From the IMG/VR virus record IMGVR_UViG_3300028888_000072, positions 1-64,000 of that record: DNA of 64,000 nucleotides; one strand, given 5' to 3'. The notes under the pieces are model-generated. The model saw nothing but the letters and a program-made list of their open reading frames with translations. It searched no databases and was not told the DNA's origin. Below, piece by piece: positions 62,593-64,000 of the stretch. The first letter of the stretch is position 1; each line of letters begins with the position of its first letter. The DNA comes from an uncultured virus (IMG/VR IMGVR_UViG_3300028888_000072). Taxonomy: Duplodnaviria > Heunggongvirae > Uroviricota > Caudoviricetes. The translations under genes and the position numbers were made by a program.

Positions 62593-62672
62593 ATTTTTTA
62601 TAAAAATAAAAATATCTATAAAATAATATAGAAAAAATTATATTTTTATTAAATTAAAGTAGTGTATTTGAT

Positions 62673-63137
62673 ATGAGCAAGATATACGAAAATAAAATAA
62701 AGAATAATAAACCTAAGAAGAATAGTAGATATCATCAAGGGTACGTACCAGAATCTTTATGTCATAAATTATTTAGATCTGTGAAAGGAGAGCCTATTAT
62801 ATATCGTTCTGGGTTAGAATTACAATTTATACAATTTTGTGAGAATAATCCTAAGATTAAAAAATGGGCTTCAGAACCTATTGCTATAAAATACACTTGT
62901 AGATTAGATGAAAAAGAACATGACTATTATCCAGATTATGTTATTGAAACAAATGATAATAATAAGATAATAGTTGAGATTAAACCATATTGTCAGACTA
63001 TTAAACCAGGAGCAACAGATTCAAGATGGCTTAAAGAATCTTGGATTAAGAACTGTGACAAATGGAAAGCAGCTAATGATTTTGCTCATAAGAATAATGC
63101 AAAGTTTATAATCGTAACAGAAAAATTTTTTGAATAA
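62673..63137 (+). CDS. Head completion nuclease (T4 gp4-like, TnsA-like fold)
   Basis: IIYRSGLE..F...C..NP.I.KW.SEP..I.Y, YYPD, VEIKP..QT..P, KW.AA. Confidence 0.9.
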   Translation: MSKIYENKIKNNKPKKNSRYHQGYVPESLCHKLFRSVKGEPIIYRSGLELQFIQFCENNPKIKKWASEPIAIKYTCRLDEKEHDYYPDYVIETNDNNKIIVEIKPYCQTIKPGATDSRWLKESWIKNCDKWKAANDFAHKNNAKFIIVTEKFFE

Positions 63138-63146
63138 TATTATAAT

Positions 63147-64000
63147 ATGAAAAATCTTAAAGATATTGTGTTCGAAAAACTAATTATCAATAAGAATATA
63201 AAAGTTGATAATAGTAAATCAAAATATCATCCACAAGATAAAGAAGAATTAAAAGAATTAGTTAATAAATTAATTGAAAAACGTGGAGTTGAAGCAAACC
63301 TTAATGATATTGATACATCAGAAATTACTGATATGAGCAGTTTATTTGCAAGAACAGAATTCAATGGAAACATATCAAACTGGGATGTTAGCAATGTTAA
63401 GAATATGAATATGATGTTTCACAATGATCAAAAATTCACTGGTGAAAATACTGATTTTTCAAATTGGAAATTGGATAGTCTTGAAAATGCAGGATTAATG
63501 TTTAGTGAATCTGGATTTAAAGGAGGAAATGGAATATCAAATTGGGATGTAAGTAATATTGTTAATATGCGTTATATGTTTCAAAAATGTGTTAACTTTA
63601 ATGATGATCTTTCAAAATGGGATGTAAGTAAAGTAACAGATATGCAAGGAATGTTTTCATATTGTAAAGATTTCAATAGTGATTTATCAAATTGGAACGT
63701 AAGTAAAGTAAAACATTTTGGAAGTATGTTTAGTTATTGTGAAAACTTTACAGGTGATGGTTTGAAAAAATGGAATACTATGTCTGCACATGGCATGGGA
63801 TTTATGTTTGCTCATACAAAGAAATTCAATGAAGATATATCAAATTGGATTACTAAAGATGTAGTTAATATGGAAAGCATGTTTGAAGATTCTATCTTTA
63901 ACCAAGATATATCAAAATGGAATGTAGAAAATGTTGGAGCAATAGATAATATATTTAAAAACAATAAACAAATATATCAGAATCTTTCTTCATGGTTCAT
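63147..64000 (+). CDS. BspA-family/DUF285 repeat protein (partial, runs off the window end)
   Basis: MKNLKDIVFEKL...LNDIDTSEITDMSSLF, then FN.DIS.WDVS.V..M..MF repeats; absent from the ORF track because it has no stop in the window. Confidence 0.92.
   Translation, partial: MKNLKDIVFEKLIINKNIKVDNSKSKYHPQDKEELKELVNKLIEKRGVEANLNDIDTSEITDMSSLFARTEFNGNISNWDVSNVKNMNMMFHNDQKFTGENTDFSNWKLDSLENAGLMFSESGFKGGNGISNWDVSNIVNMRYMFQKCVNFNDDLSKWDVSKVTDMQGMFSYCKDFNSDLSNWNVSKVKHFGSMFSYCENFTGDGLKKWNTMSAHGMGFMFAHTKKFNEDISNWITKDVVNMESMFEDSIFNQDISKWNVENVGAIDNIFKNNKQIYQNLSSWF

Noticed and set aside
62440..62670. tmRNA or tRNA partner for SmpB; c-di-GMP or c-di-AMP riboswitch
   Set aside because: Too short for tmRNA, no acceptor stem, T-loop or CCA end, and only fragmentary resemblance to known riboswitch consensus. 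Kept only as an unclassified structured leader
62673..63137. TnsA transposase (Tn7-like element)
   Set aside because: The motifs fit the T4 gp4 head-completion nuclease, which shares the fold; no tnsB/tnsC or transposon ends are present

Overview
A very AT-rich (roughly one quarter G+C by eye, not computed), gene-dense segment of a T4-like jumbo myophage genome. The host is probably Bacteroidota (Prevotella/Bacteroides-like): there are no Shine-Dalgarno motifs, and the window carries a Bacteroidales-type lipoprotein, a Prevotella-like secreted protein and a dockerin-like domain. Core phage genes are the large terminase, portal (gp20-like), gp5-like baseplate spike, gp53-like wedge, gp15-like tail terminator, gp4-like head-completion nuclease, family B DNA polymerase, DEDDh exonuclease, a collagen-like fibre and a GH73-like glucosaminidase. 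Accessory genes include a MoxR AAA+/vWA pair, a GT2-TPR protein, a PI-PLC-like enzyme, an SprT protease and a BspA/DUF285 protein. The most striking theme is a dispersed translation and ribosome-rescue toolkit: a clear SmpB, a small basic protein with an ArfA-like YxRKxKH tail, a three-domain S1-like protein, a YqeY protein, and a Pth2-like gene (488-859, missed by the ORF track) interrupted by the only internal TAG I found. Other signals are a family of proteins with a T4-style capsid-targeting leader, three 26-bp perfect palindromes, a repeated ~110-aa virion-protein domain, a beta-clamp-like motif ending the polymerase, a micropeptide cluster and several structured leaders. I saw no tRNA, tmRNA, CRISPR array, integrase, intron or intein. 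All family calls come from motif recognition by eye, not database searches.
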